A DNA stretch of 46,177 bases from Chara braunii (GCA_003427395.1 BFEA01000003.1:965674-1011850), one strand, 5' to 3'; shown: positions 12,799 to 26,142, numbered from the stretch's first letter. Notes: a model not told the origin generated them from the sequence alone. A program made the numbers and translations.

Positions 12799-14659
12799 GG
12801 GCCTCGTCGGACGGTAAAAAAAACGAAAAGAAAAACGAAATCGTTTCGTGAGTGAGTCGCCGCACAGCTTACACATGATTTTTGTCAGGAGCAATGCGCG
12901 AATTCTATTAGAAAAAGGATTCGCGAGGAAAACACATGGAAGACTGCCACCCAGCCTGCAAAACACACAAACCCGTAGGTCCTCGACGACGATGGTGGAA
13001 GCCCTGTGAATCCTCACGAGTGCACCGCAAAGATCCAAACGGTATCCATCCAAATTCTTGGACCGTAGTGCTTGCCAGGCTTCACAGAAACTCGTTAGGG
13101 CAACACCGCATGGATATTCGCGTGTGCTATGAGGCAGTGAGCTATGTAACACCCGCGGACGCGTCCGCGAGGTCGAGCTCGGATCGCGGACCCAAATGCG
13201 TCCGCATCCGTGGCCTACCTGGTCCGCACCGCGAACACGATTTTACACGAATTTTTCTGAATTAAATAATAGGTAGAAAAATATATATATATATATGGGG
13301 TTGTAGGGAATTTTAAGCCCTACAACCCCTTTTTTTTTTTTTTGAATCCGACTTTGTTTAGGATTTAAAAAAAATCAAAAACGAAATTGGATTTTAAGAT
13401 AATTAAAAAATATATATATAAAGAAAAACAGAATTTTTTTTTGGTCATTTTTTATCATGAGATATATGGTCCGTGAGTTTACCTGTAATTTTTTAGAAAT
13501 AAATTTATGTTTTTTGCAGAAGTATGAGGTGTTTTGAAAAAATGCANNNNNNNNNNNNNNNNNNNNNNNNNNNNNNNNNNNNNNNNNNNNNNNNNNNNNN
13601 NNNNNNNNNNNNNNNNNNNNNNNNNNNNNNNNNNNNNNNNNNNNNNNNNNNNNNNNNNNNNNNNNNNNNNNNNNNNNNNNNNNNNNNNNNNNNNNNNNNN
13701 NNNNNNNNNNNNNNNNNNNNNNNNNNNNNNNNNNNNNNNNNNNNNNNNNNNNNNNNNNNNNNNNNNNNNNNNNNNNNNNNNNNNNNNNNNNNNNNNNNNN
13801 NNNNNNNNNNNNNNNNNNNNNNNNNNNNNNNNNNNNNNNNNNNNNNNNNNNNNNNNNNNNNNNNNNNNNNNNNNNNNNNNNNNNNNNNNNNNNNNNNNNN
13901 NNNNNNNNNNNNNNNNNNNNNNNNNNNNNNNNNNNNNNNNNNNNNNNNNNNNNNNNNNNNNNNNNNNNNNNNNNNNNNNNNNNNNNNNNNNNNNNNNNNN
14001 NNNNNNNNNNNNNNNNNNNNNNNNNNNNNNNNNNNNNNNNNNNNNNNNNNNNNNNNNNNNNNNNNNNNNNNNNNNNNNNNNNNNNNNNNNNNNNNNNNNN
14101 NNNNNNNNNNNNNNNNNNNNNNNNNNNNNNNNNNNNNNNNNNNNNNNNNNNNNNNNNNNNNNNNNNNNNNNNNNNNNNNNNNNNNNNNNNNNNNNNNNNN
14201 NNNNNNNNNNNNNNNNNNNNNNNNNNNNNNNNNNNNNNNNNNNNNNNNNNNNNNNNNNNNNNNNNNNNNNNNNNNNNNNNNNNNNNNNNNNNNNNNNNNN
14301 NNNNNNNNNNNNNNNNNNNNNNNNNNNNNNNNNNNNNNNNNNNCCCTTACCCCCCCAACCAAAAATTTGATTTTTTTCGTTTTTTTTTGCCTGATGGGGT
14401 GGGGCTGGGGTTGCGCCGCCACGTGGCGCTTCCGGATTCCTAAACCCCCTTCCCCAGCGGTCGCCACGCGTCCGCGCGGACGCGTCCGCGGGGTCGCGGA
14501 CTCGGCCGCGGCTGCGGACTTAGCCGCGCCTGTCCGCCGCCGAGGGTGTTACATAGGCAGTGAGCACAGAAACGAGGCGAAACGGTGAAATAGGGCCTCA
14601 CGAGCCCTCGCGTTTTAAGGTCGTTTTCGTTTCGTTTTTCTTACCGTCCGGGGAGACCC
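12799..14659. mobile_element. Tourist-like PIF/Harbinger MITE (second family) interrupted by a nested element
   Basis: TIR GGGCCTCGTCGGACGGTAAAAAAAACGAAA / TTTCGTTTTTCTTACCGTCCGGGGAGACCC; TAA TSD at 12796-12798 and 14660-14662. Confidence 0.85.
13142..14556. mobile_element. Non-autonomous hAT-like element (8-bp TSD), centre in a gap
   Basis: Perfect 13-bp TIR CTATGTAACACCC / GGGTGTTACATAG; TSD GCAGTGAG at 13134-13141 and 14557-14564; subterminal CGCGGAC/GTCCGCG repeats. Confidence 0.9.
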
Positions 14660-16059
14660 TAAAGGAGGGCAAACTGTGGCTGTAAAATTTATTCAGACAG
14701 CCATCGAAATTTTCAGCCCTTAGACAGATGTGTGGAGAGCTACTATAGACGGTAGAAAAGGCCAATGGGGACTGAACCCAAGAGCTCCTGAATGCCAACT
14801 GAGGACATACTCACACTAGGACTGTTTTAGTTATTTCTGGGGCGAATTGTGGCCAGATGCATACAGGTGTGGCCGAAATTACTGTATGATGCATTCTGGA
14901 ACGTTCTCGTGTGAGTACACTCTCAGCCAAGCCGCTGTATCCCCCACGTTTTTTTTGGCCTGCGAGAGATCTCTTCACGCGTTCCAGATTTTTGTTTTTG
15001 GGTGAACGTTTTTTCTTACTTTTGTTTCCTTTCTTTTCTTTTTTTGTGCAAACAAGGGAATGCACCCTTTCTATTTTTCCTATTTTTAAAAGGGCGACGG
15101 GCTTGAGAGCTATCATCATTGAGCTGACCGGCCCTGGCAATTCAGGCAATTCAGAAATATCTGTTTTTTTTATAACAGAACCATAATCTGGATTCGAACT
15201 CTGCACGGTATTTCAACAGTTCATGGGTGTACCCGCCGAGCTGGCTCTTGGGTAGGGAACGCAAAGAAGAGGGAAACTGAGGTCAGCATATCCCGACAAA
15301 AGCGCGTGCGGGGGTCCAAGTCCCATCACGACTGCAGCAAGTTGCAGCAAGTTCCAGCACCTCATGGAACGTTCCGGACCAGTTGTGATTTGGGGACGTT
15401 CGATTCAAACACCTCAGGGCTATACTGTGGCCACCCTGAGAGACGCTTGAAGATTACAAGATCTCGCTGCTACCGTCTTCACCCGAATAGAACGTCCGGT
15501 CATTATCGCTGCATCTGGACTGCAGGTTGGGCCAATGCAGCTCTATTCGGGTGAAGACGGTAGTGGCTTGGCCCCCTGGCGAGGTCCACTCGCCGGGACT
15601 TCGAGTTCCAGATGGTCGATTACAATGATCGGCGGTCAGGAACAAGAGATCGATGTAAACCGGACTCTGCCTTTCGGGGTATTTTGTTAACGTGGCCACC
15701 GCACGGCCGTTAGATGTGCCGTTAGATGTTTCGTATGGGATGGGTGGAATCGGTGCATTTTCGAAACCATTTTTAAACACCCGGGGCAGGGTCCAACTAG
15801 CGCTCGTTTCTCAGCCGTGGCCGTCGATCTTCCCAACATACGGCGCGAAATGAAAAAACTCGCGCTAGCGGGACCCTGTCCCCGCCAGTGGGACTCTGCC
15901 CCGAGGTAGAGCGCTCTCTCGCTTTGGTCGACGGTAGGAGAAACCTGTCACCCAAGAGGTGTTGCGTTCTGCTTTTAATGCGATCTGTGTACACAATTCG
16001 CGTCGGTGATTGTGGTGACAAAAGCTCCGAGCTTTCCTCCTGAGTTGCCAGTTCGTGTA

Positions 16060-16656
16060 ATGGGTCGTGAAGGTTGCTCGTCTTGTGTCACGCGTGCTGC
16101 GTGGGAGAACGAGATGGATGACTCTGTCGGTTATGACACCTGGCGGTCTTATGCCCGTGCCCCAGAGAAAATTGATGACAGATTGGTATGCTTGGACTTG
16201 AAGACGAGGGCCAAAGTGTCGGAGCTGTTTCTTCTCGGAGGTCCTGAATGTGTAGACGTCGCGCTCCGTCTTCTTGTCCCCAGTGGTGGTGGTATGCTGA
16301 GCAAAGGATGCGGGTCCAAGGAGCGGACAAGGATTTACGGCAAGGTTGCCGATTTGGGAGGGTTGCGCGCTATGCGTCTTGCTGCGAACATGGTTCGCGA
16401 TGTCGGGGCTACCGGGGTGTGCCCGTCCCCGACGTGGGGAAGCGGGGCCTTCTGCGACCACAGGAAGTTATTGTTGACGATGCCATCGGCAGATTGCCGT
16501 GCACCGCTGCCTGAGTGCCAGGTAGATGACCTGTCAATGCCATGGCCCGGAGGCAGAGGAGGTGTCGGTTGGAAGGGACGATGGATCCTCCATCATGACG
16601 AGAGGAAGAAGCTACTGAGGGAGCTTCATTGCTTTGGCGGATCGGAAGCCCTTGAG
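16060..16656 (+). CDS. Large unknown protein, predicted coding exon 1 (start uncertain)
   Basis: Open frame 16006-16746; donor GAG|GTGAGA, phase 0; contains the same ELxxxGG helical motif as the downstream exons. Confidence 0.6.
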
Positions 16657-17193
16657 GTGAGATATACACACACGTCTATATCAATATTTTGCGTACAGCT
16701 ACGCTGCATCAGGTACGTGCATTTACTACGTTTGTCGCAAATCTAGGAAAGTTATATTTGTACGTGCGTTGCTTGGCGACTTCTAATCTATCTGGATTTG
16801 TAGCTGTGATTGTCTTAATCATGCCATGGCGCCGATGTCAGATGATCGTTTCTTAATGTTATCTCCATTGCCAACTGATGTTGGACACTGGAATTTGCTC
16901 GAACCTCGTCTGTCAGTGTGTTCTTTACCATGTTTGAACGGACGTTATACTGCACAGTTCCTGTAGTGTGCACATGTTACTCTCCGTCGCGCCTGAGCGG
17001 GTGAGATTTTCGTACACCGGCCTTGGATTTTTTCCCTTAACACGATTGCAGTCGTTTTGATAAAACAGACTGTTTTTTTTTCCCCCCCGACGAAAGAAAA
17101 TTGTGCTTCCTTTTGATTTTCGGAGTTGTGAAATGCTAGAGACCCTCCTTGAGAGTTTGTGACGATAATCACATCATGTTTTTTCTAGACTAA

Positions 17194-17382
17194 GGCCGTA
17201 CTTACACTAGGTCTAACTGAACTGTATCCGATGGCAGTGATGGCCCGACCTGTATGTATGTAGCCGCAATCACGTCCTGAAATTAGAAAAAAAGTCCTAG
17301 CGTGATCATGCCGTAAATCGGTACTAAATACGGGCCGCATTTCTGCAAGCCACCTCACTGAAACCTACCGTAAGTATGCTTT
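17194..17382. mobile_element. Possible old Tourist-like MITE in intron 1
   Basis: TAA then GGCCGTACTTACACTAGGT versus ACCTACCGTAAGTATGCTT (imperfect inverted repeat); no clean right TSD. Confidence 0.25.
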
Positions 17383-17899
17383 CGAAAGTATATCTTTTGT
17401 TGTGACTAATAGCCCCAAAATCCCTGCGATCTCTGTTTCTCCCACTAACTCCTCCCCGCAACGTCGCTATCGGTATGATGAATGAACTATTGCATTGCAT
17501 TCAACCTCTTACATTGCGGTCTGCAGCTGCGCCTTGGGTCGTCATTTTCGAGGTACGAAGTTTTGAGGGCAATAAAGTCCGTTGTCGAGTCTGTTATTGA
17601 ACCGGTCACAGTAATTAATGCATTTATCGTTCATGCGAAGTGTATGGCAGTTGCGCCTTGCGTATGTACGCTGTCGGATTCTCTTGATGTGGCAAAGCTG
17701 GGTTTCGTTTGCCGATTCCACGAAATAGATTGTGCGACGTTCATTCCTGCTCTTCGCTTTCTTTTGAAAAGTTCTCTGGCACTCCTTGAAGTCCTGAGTG
17801 CCGTCGTTTAGTGCGCACAGGCATAATAATTTGCCCGATTGGTTCGTGGCTGTCTGTCCCTGCGGGGCGATGGAATCGTCCTTGTGGGTTGGTGAGCAG

Positions 17900-18212
17900 A
17901 TGGCAGAGGTCTTGACACAGACGGCCTATCGGCTCGGGAGGAGGGAGTGTAATCAGCTGTACGCCCGACTCTTCAAGGTGACGGGGTATCGGGGTCTGCT
18001 GGCGGGGTCTCGCATTGCCGAAGATAGCGAGTTTTGGCGCGAGTATGATTGCGCGCTGGAGCAGGAATCTCCCGCCGACATGTGCGGCAACGTCGGTTCC
18101 GCTCTTCCCGGCCCCAGACTAAGCGCGTCCGAGCTGGCAGCTCAGCTTTTGCAGAGATTGGAACGGGCGTGTGGCGGAGAGGTGCGCCAACGAGTGGAGG
18201 AGATTCTTCTCG
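17900..18212 (+). CDS. Large unknown protein, exon 2
   Basis: Acceptor GCAG|ATG, phase 0; donor CTCG|GTGAGT, phase 1; phases match both neighbours. Confidence 0.7.
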
Positions 18213-19524
18213 GTGAGTTCCCGGTAATTTTGTGTGCATGCCAACTCTTCGTTTTCTATTGCATTCAATTTTCTTGGACCAAAAAGATGCTTTGTGTTGT
18301 CTTTTAGTTTGAGCGCGCGGGGAACGTCCATATGCTTGATCCCACTCCCTGAATTTTGTAATCGACGGAAATTGATATGCTTCATCCCACTCCTTGAAGT
18401 TTCTTTGAGTTGTACTGTATGTCCAAGGCAGTATCTGTCCTGGAATTTTAGGTGTAGTCACCGCGCACGCGATTCTCGGCGCTGGGCGGATTTTGTGTAG
18501 ACTGAGCCAAGTTCTACGTGTCCAAACTCTTCATTTCTGGCCGTCAGTTTCTGCAATCTAGGCTCAGATATGGACCGTGCGGGTAAGTTGGACTCGGCCT
18601 CATACCACTGTATACGAGGAATTCCCGCTTCCAGGAAGCCGCCGGTAGGCGCGATCACAGAAAAACCATTGACGCCAGTCGTAATAAATTGTGATATTTT
18701 TTTGTCGACCTCCTCAGTGGACTGATATATAGAGCGGGTGGCGGGCTCCGTCGACGGACAGATGAATACGATGTTAGGATTGGATTTCTCCGATTCACTT
18801 GTCTCTTTGTGAAGATGGCAATTTTAAATGCTGCACATTTTTATTGGCCGTCTTCTGGCAGTGGTTGCATGGTTGTGGTCGGGTGATGGCATACATGAGC
18901 GCAAAGGTTGGGATCGATTCTCCGGGAAGAGCCATGAGGGCTATCTATCCTGAACCAGGTCCTTATCAAGTAGGATGATCCGGGAGAACTGCCTCCTCTC
19001 TGGCGGCTTCATTATGGCTACCGTGGATTTTTGGTTTGATATTTGCACGAGGATAAATCGACCTTATCGTCGCTGTTTCAAGGCCGTGCAGTCGAACGAT
19101 CGCCTTGCATATCTCGTGGCCGCAACCCCGATACTCGACTCTGGTCCCTTGAGGTTTGTGATGTGTGCTTTCGAAGTTGTTTGTGCAGTAGTGGGTCTCT
19201 TTAGAAGATACGCATGTTGCAGCGTATAGATGCTATGCCATGTTGTCCTTCCATCGCAGTCTCCGATTGTGAGTTAGACGTGTTGTGCGATGGACGTTGA
19301 TACCCGCCACGCATTCAGAGTTAGTTATGACCTGCCGTTCGTGATTGTGGCAATGTGGAGATAGTGTCTGTAGTTTGGGAGTAGGTAACCTCGAGCGCAC
19401 CAGAAAATTTCCAGGCGGGTCAGGATATGTCCAGCTATTTTTCTGGCTGCATGTTGCAGTCGTGGTTGTCGTCGACTGTTGTGATTAACCGACATGAGGC
19501 ATTGTGGTGCGGTGTTGCTCGCAG

Positions 19525-22500
19525 GATCGAAGGAAGGTGGGAATGAAATGCTGCGGCAAATGGTGGAGGGCCGGAAGGGTCCGTTGCACAACGCCGTTGA
19601 GAGGCTGGGACCCGGAAAAATGTCGGACGATATCATCGGCTTATGCTATGCTTTGTGGGCGATGAAGCACACGGGCAGTCTGGCAGCTGGCGACAGATGT
19701 CAGCCCAGCAATGCTTTGGCTGTGTACCAGGTACGCTCGGGGGCTTCTGCAGCAGCCAATCAGAGTCAGCTCGCGGGAAAGGCGGTGTACAAGTGGACGG
19801 AGAGCGGGCTGCTGAATGAGCTATACGTGTCAGGCGGGGTGAAGGCCGTGAAGGCGGGACAAAGACTTGTGGAACTGCTGGCCAGCAAGAGGTGTGAGAT
19901 GGAGGTAAGCGTGAAGGGATCGTGGAGGAGGTTGGGTGAATTGGAGAGGAAGGTGGTTGCGGAGATGGTGCAGGAAGCAGGACCAGTGGGCCTGAAAGTT
20001 GCCGACACGATGATCGATTACTTCTGGTCGACTGTCGGTTGGAGCGCAGCTACGGGCGGCGCCAAGCACGTGACGGCCAAAGAAAGAAGCGGATCGCTGT
20101 ACAGATGGACAGACCAAGCAATCTGGGAGATGCATTTAATGGGGAAATTGGTGGTTTTGGGAGGGGTCCGAGCCATGGAGGTAGGTCTGTCGTTGGTCGA
20201 GGAAGCCACAACGAGGCACTTCCCGCAGCGGCTGAAGTCGTTGATGAAGTCATTGGAAGAAGTTGCGGGAAAAGGGAGTATACCGTTGGCAACCCAATTG
20301 ATCGGTGGGCTTAAGAAGGGCGGGGACGCTGCCGAGCGTATCTCGGAGGAAGAATGGAGCATGCTGAACGGCCTGAAAATTCTTGGAGGCGAGTGCATGT
20401 TCCGGCTTGGCAAATTGCTCCTCCGGGGGCCGAACAAGTGTCCCCGGGAGAAGCAGAACGACATTCTTTGCGAGATTTACAAAGCTATCGGCCCAATGGG
20501 CTTGGAAATCGGCGAGTATTTGCGATCAAGGTCCATCGACGCATTGACGGGCGCCGGTTGCGGTGGTTTGACGCAAGGGTTGTGGGGTTGGGAGGTTGTC
20601 AAGTGCGCGGATGTCAGGAAGGAGAGTGCCGTCATCGACAGTGCTGGATCGAGAAAGGCTTACGAGAAGATCGTTGCAAAGCTGCATGAAGCCAAGGCCG
20701 AGGGCGGACGCGCTGTCTTGGAGACTGCCCTCTCTTTTCGCAAAGCAGAAGCCGAGGCCATCGGTGACCACTGGCATGTCCCGGAAATGATTTTGAAATG
20801 GGCTTTCAATCAACGGTGGGAGATGGTGAGAGAGATGCTGCTTCTGAAGGGTACGTTGTGCTGGACTGAGGCGTTGTCCGGCACCGTCTCTATCAAAAGC
20901 CGTCATATCAGTCGCGCTGGAAGAATCCTCCTCCAGAAATTGGAAATGTTCCGTCGGCGGCAAGTTCGGCAGCTTCTCAAGCTTCTCCAGCTGGAGTATG
21001 AGGTGGTTGTGTCCAGCTCCACCGTCGATCTTCAGCTTGACAAAGAAGACTTCGCCGTTGACGGCGATAGAGAGTGGTGTTCTTCGGGCAAGAGCATCAT
21101 CGTATACCTCGGCGGCAAGGACGCGGAAGTTGGCCCTGCCTGGTTCAACGAGAAATTCAAACAACTCGGCAACTGGGAGTTCGAACCCGCCGTCGTTTTC
21201 GACGCGCACGTGTACGTGTATCCGTTGATGGTTTCCGTTAAAGGATGGCAAATGTCGTGGGATCATGAGAGGTGTCCTCCGCGCGACAGGCATCTGTCTA
21301 GGTACGTGTCTTCTGGAGGAGCGTGGGACTCGGGTGCAGTGCTTGCTAAGGATTTCATTGAGCAGAAGGTGTGGGCTTTCGCCAGGCTTCGTCTCTTTTC
21401 GAATAGTAAACAGTGGGACACGCTGGCGAAGGTTGTGGAGGACGGTCTCAGCGTCGGTACGGGACCCCGATCACGTTTGCTTCTCGCCGTCCGGATCTTC
21501 GATCTCGCTCGACTCAAGTGCGAGAGGTACGTGAGGAGCCTCGTCTCGAAAATGGAGTCCTTCGTGCCTTGCAGACCCCAATCGGGATTGATTGCCGAAG
21601 CGTTCAAGGTATCCGCAATGGAGCGCAGCAGTAGCCGCACTTGCACGGAAAGGCTGTTGTATTCGTCGTCTGCCTCAAGCTCGTCCTCCTCTTCCTCATC
21701 CTCTGATGACTCTGGGGATAAGGAATGGCGACTGCGTATGCAAGATGTATCAAGGAGGAAGGAGCAGACCAAGAAGAAAGCAGAGGTAATCGACAAGGAT
21801 CATCGCCATGAGCACAAGCACACCCGGCATCGCGTTGTTGATCGTCGGAGGGACTACTCGTCCTCGTCTAGCTCTTCTTCCGAGTCGAGTTCGTCTTCCT
21901 CTCGCTCGTCGGATATTGAAGAGGTGAGGAAGACAAAGACGAAGACACATCGTCACCATCGTCGCAGCAGCCATCTCGATAGCAGCGATGGCGACGACAG
22001 GCGTCGTCATAAAACCCGTCGTCATGAGGCGAAGGTGCACAGGAAGGTTTCTTTCTCGTGTGAATCTGACGATAGCAGCGACCACTCTCACAAGGTCGAT
22101 CGCATTGCAGCGAAACGAACGGATGTAACACGGCATAAACAAACTGTGACCAAGGGGGAAGATCACAGGAAGGAGAAGAAGAGTTACGGTGCAGTCTCGG
22201 ATGAGAGCAATGGCGCGCACGTGAAGAAGACCGAGGTGAAAACGACCACGGTGAAGGTGGACAAGAAGACGGCGAACCGCGTCGACAGCGACGCCGACAT
22301 CAGGGTGGATATCAGCGAGGAGAGTGACCGTGGTGGCTCACTATACAAGATCGGGAAGAGCAGCATGTCGAAGAAGCAGGTTGTCGACGAGAGCGAGAGC
22401 GATCGTGACAGTTCCTACCGTCACGTGACGAAAAAGACGGCTTTGACAGGCGACAAGCAGTCAAGTGACTCGGTGAAGAAGTCGTCCTCCTCTACTTCGA

Positions 22501-23270
22501 AGATCGATCACACGGTGACGGGGAAAACGACGGTGGACAAGAGCAAGAAGGAAATGAAGGTTACTGAGCTGAAAGAAAGGGAAGGGGTAGTGTACAAGCC
22601 AAGGGACTACGAGGGTAAGGGGATTAATGTGGTCGACGAAGGGTTGTACTCGGTGCACAAGGACGTCCAGCACAGAAGCAAGGATGAGACTCAACTGTCG
22701 AAGCATGAATATAAACAGAGCAAGGATTCGAGGGAGGAATACAAGGAGTACAAGAAGCAGGAACACAGGGAGGCAAAGGATGAGCACAGGGAGGTTAAGA
22801 GGAATGAGCGCAAGGAGGTAAAAAAGGATGACCACAGGGAGGTTAAGAGGGATGAGCACAAGGAGGTGAAGAGGGATGAGCACAGGGAGGTTAAGAGGGG
22901 CGAGCACAAGGAGGTAAAGAAGGATGTACACAAGGAGGAACACGAGATGGTGCGAAAGGAAGCGAAGGAGCACAAGGAAACGGAGTATAAGGAGCACAGG
23001 GAGTCGAAGGATGAGCATAAGGCTACGGAGACGGAGCACAGGGCTACGTTGGGGAAGGAGCACAAGGCTATGGAGACGAGGAAGGTCGAATACAAGGAGT
23101 CGAAGGAGGATCACAAAGAGGCCAAAGGTGGATACAAGGAGATGAAAGAGGACCACAAGGAGACGAGGCACGCATACATTGCGAGTGACGACCACAAGGG
23201 TTACAAGGATACGAAGGAGCACAAAGGAACCAGGGAATCGTATGTCAAGGAAACGACCACAACGACGAAG
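19525..23270 (+). CDS. Large unknown protein, exon 3 (helical repeats, globular segment, S/K/E/H-rich tail)
   Basis: Lies in a 1300-codon ORF; acceptor CTCGCAG|GA, phase 1; donor AAG|GTATGC, phase 0; composition changes sharply after the donor. Confidence 0.9.
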
Positions 23271-23894
23271 GTATGCCCTCATTTGTCCAATTCACTGCGG
23301 ATACCCACTTTTTTATCATTTAGGTGTTTGCCTTTCAATAACGTCTTTTTTTTGTTTTTTTCATGGCTGAAGCTCGGTAGACGTACAAACCGCTAAATGA
23401 GAGTGCACCATCGAGGCAACAATCGCACTAAAAAAGATGGCAGCCATAGTGATACCGAGCTTCATCATTTCCTACAAAATTGAACAGGCAATGGAGATGC
23501 ACTATGCTTTCAATTATGTGGACGGATGGGTTTGCTTGGACCCTGTAATACGCCAATGACTGCTCGTCCGGACACACGAGTTTCTACTCAAGCCACGACT
23601 CGGAAGTGTAGCACCCGGCGGTCACGAAATTGTGAAGCGCGCTGGCTACGCGGTGACAACCATCTTTATCCGCATAGAGCGCCCGGTGGGTGAAAAACAA
23701 TAAAAAACAATAAAATAAAACAATCTTGATTAATTGATTGATTTTGTATGTCTGATCGACTGTTTGATTGTGGGTTAAAAAATCGCTTTTTTTTTTACTT
23801 TTTTTTGTGTTTTTATTTTTTTTGCTTGCTTGCTTCCTTGCTTGATTGGTGGGGGATGGGTCTCCCAAGCTCCCCCCCCCTTCCCGCTGCGTGC

Positions 23895-24003
23895 ACGCAC
23901 AAACACAAACACACGCGCGCACACAGACACACACGCACGCGCACACGCACACGCACACGCACACACGCACACGCACACGCACACGCACGTACGTACACAC
24001 ACT
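23895..24003. repeat. (CA)/(CGCACA)n compound microsatellite in intron 3
   Basis: Direct reading. Confidence 0.9.
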
Positions 24004-24884
24004 GTCAAACGGGAACTCGTTGTAGGGTTCTTTTGTTTTTTTTTGATTGATTGATTGATTGATTGACTAATTTACGTTTCTTCTGATAAGAGTATTTGTT
24101 TTTTCGTTTTCTATTTAAAAAAATAAACAAAAACGTCGAAATCCAAAGCATGCTTTTCAAATCCTACAACGCTTTTTTTCTTGGTTTATTACTTTTTTAA
24201 AATTTAAATATGACAATTTCTCGGCCGTGCCTGACCGCCCGGGCGATGAGTGCGGGGGATTGCTAGGATAGAACCGAATGCGGGAATCGTGTGTATGAAC
24301 CGAAAGTGCGGAGATCTCTGGTCCATGAATGAATGTACCTGGTGAGTGACTGAAGGGACCGGAAAGGACGAAGTATGTAAAAACGCACCGAAAACGCTAG
24401 AGAGTTTTCACTGTTTCGCTGAAGTGCTTTCACTGTTTTGGAGATTGAATAAACGAAAAATGCCGGAGTTTGCAGACCTGTCATGACCCATCTGTGGCTA
24501 TAGGAGGCACGGACATGCGCGCACAGGTAAGCAAAATGTTGTTTTATTCAGTAGTTTCGTACTTTTGTGTTTTTTCAGAAAATGACACCGTGTGTACGCA
24601 GTCCAAGCGCCAACTCGAATCTATATCCAGAAAACGGCTTCTGGAAATTGTTTGCATTCCCCGGACGGAGGTGGAGCTAGGATGGTATGCAAAATTGCGG
24701 TCATAACAAACTACCGGAATGCACGTGTTATGGACATACCTAGGCAAAATTATGGGCATACCGGTGACCTGAGGTGGGGCCCAAACTATTAACATACCCG
24801 TCTACCGGAAGGCTGAAATTATGCTCATACACAGACGCCTTTGTGGTGGGCATGGGTATAATGTCGTGGTCAAGATCCGAGGGC

Positions 24885-24983
24885 GTGTGGGATTGCGTAC
24901 ACCAACAATTCCACACATGGGAAGTGGGTGTAGTGTGGGATTGCGTACACCAACAATTCCACACATGGGAAGTGGGTGTAGTG
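24885..24983. repeat. Exact 48-bp tandem duplication
   Basis: GTGTGGGATTGCGTACACCAACAATTCCACACATGGGAAGTGGGTGTA occurs twice. Confidence 0.95.
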
Positions 24984-25050
24984 GGTATTACCATCTGCAG
25001 GTGAGTACAGATGCAATTTTCCTTTTTTCTTTGAGAAAAGTGTTGAAATG

Positions 25051-25410
25051 CCCCTAAAGTTGGGGTATTTTGTCAGATAACCGTAAAGGGCACGTGTGTG
25101 ACGAAATGCCCCGAGTTAATCTGTTTTCTTTTGCATGTTCCTCTACTGGGCCCTGGGCAACTTGTCTATATGGCCCGGGATCTCTGGCCTGGGCAAANNN
25201 NNNNNNNNNNNNNNNNNNNNNNNNNNNNNNNNNNNNNNNNNNNNNNNNNNNNNNNNNNNNNNNNNNNNNNNNNNNNNNNNNNNNNNNNNNNNNNNNNNNN
25301 NNGGGCAAAGTCGCCAATGAGAGGGGAAGGGGCAGATGTAGAAGTTCCTCGCATTTCAGCATACCCCTGTGCTTTAGGGGTGTATGATGAAATGCCCGAA
25401 CTTCTAGGCC
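25051..25410. mobile_element. Possible MITE with a gap in the centre
   Basis: CCTAAAGTTGGGGTATTTTGTCAGATA versus TATGATGAAATGCCCGAACTTCTAGG (imperfect inverted repeat); no TSD identified. Confidence 0.35.
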
Positions 25411-25920
25411 TGTTTTGAGAAAATTTTCCTTTCCTTTCTAACCTTTTGCCTTGTCTTTCCGCGTATAGAAAGTTTTTTTTCTTCCTTTTTGATTTTGGAG
25501 TACATGAGGCCCCGTGCTCTCTACATGCATTCCTCCTTCACGCACCCCGCCCTCCCCGTCTGTCACTCAGGACTGGGCGGCCTACCCTGACGGACAGCTG
25601 TCACAGGAACCATAGGGGGAAGGCAGACCCAGCCCTGGTTGAAGGAGCACTTGATGGACGAGCTCGTCCACCGCCACGAGTGATGAATATTTCTTGCGAG
25701 CCCCTTGAGCACATACCATCATGTGCCCCCGAAAAGTGTACCTAGAGTCTTCACCTGATTAGAATGCCTGGTCATTATAGCTGTGTTTGGTGGAATACCC
25801 AGTCTAGACACAGCCATAATATACGGGCGCTATACTGTTGTGAAGACGGGTACGTCTAGAGAATAAGTGGAAGGAGTTAGCAGGGTCTCAACTGGGAAGT
25901 CAGCAGAAACACAGGGCCCA

Positions 25921-26142
25921 AGACCTTAGGTATCCTCGCTGGTCCATATCGGCGGCAACCTCGCTGGTCCATATCGGCGGGGTCAGTGAGCAGACCTTAG
26001 GCATCCTCGCTGGTCCATATCAGCGGGGTCAGTGAGCAGACCTTAGGCATCCTCGCTGGTCCATATCAGCGGGGTCAGTGAGCAGACCCTAGGAATCACC
26101 TTAGGAATCCTCGCTGGTCCAAATAGGCGTGGTCACTGAGCA
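25921..26142. repeat. 46-bp tandem repeat (~5 partial or complete units)
   Basis: Unit AGACCTTAGGCATCCTCGCTGGTCCATATCAGCGGGGTCAGTGAGC. Confidence 0.92.

Noticed and set aside
13505-14588. Long ORFs spanning N gaps (also ~990-1259, ~25054-25418, ~32463-33429)
   Set aside because: They are open only because N codons contain no stops.
23584-24265. Possible CTA...TAG element around the intron 3 microsatellite
   Set aside because: Only weak inverted similarity (CCCGGCGGTCA / TGACCGCCCGGG) and no matching TSD.
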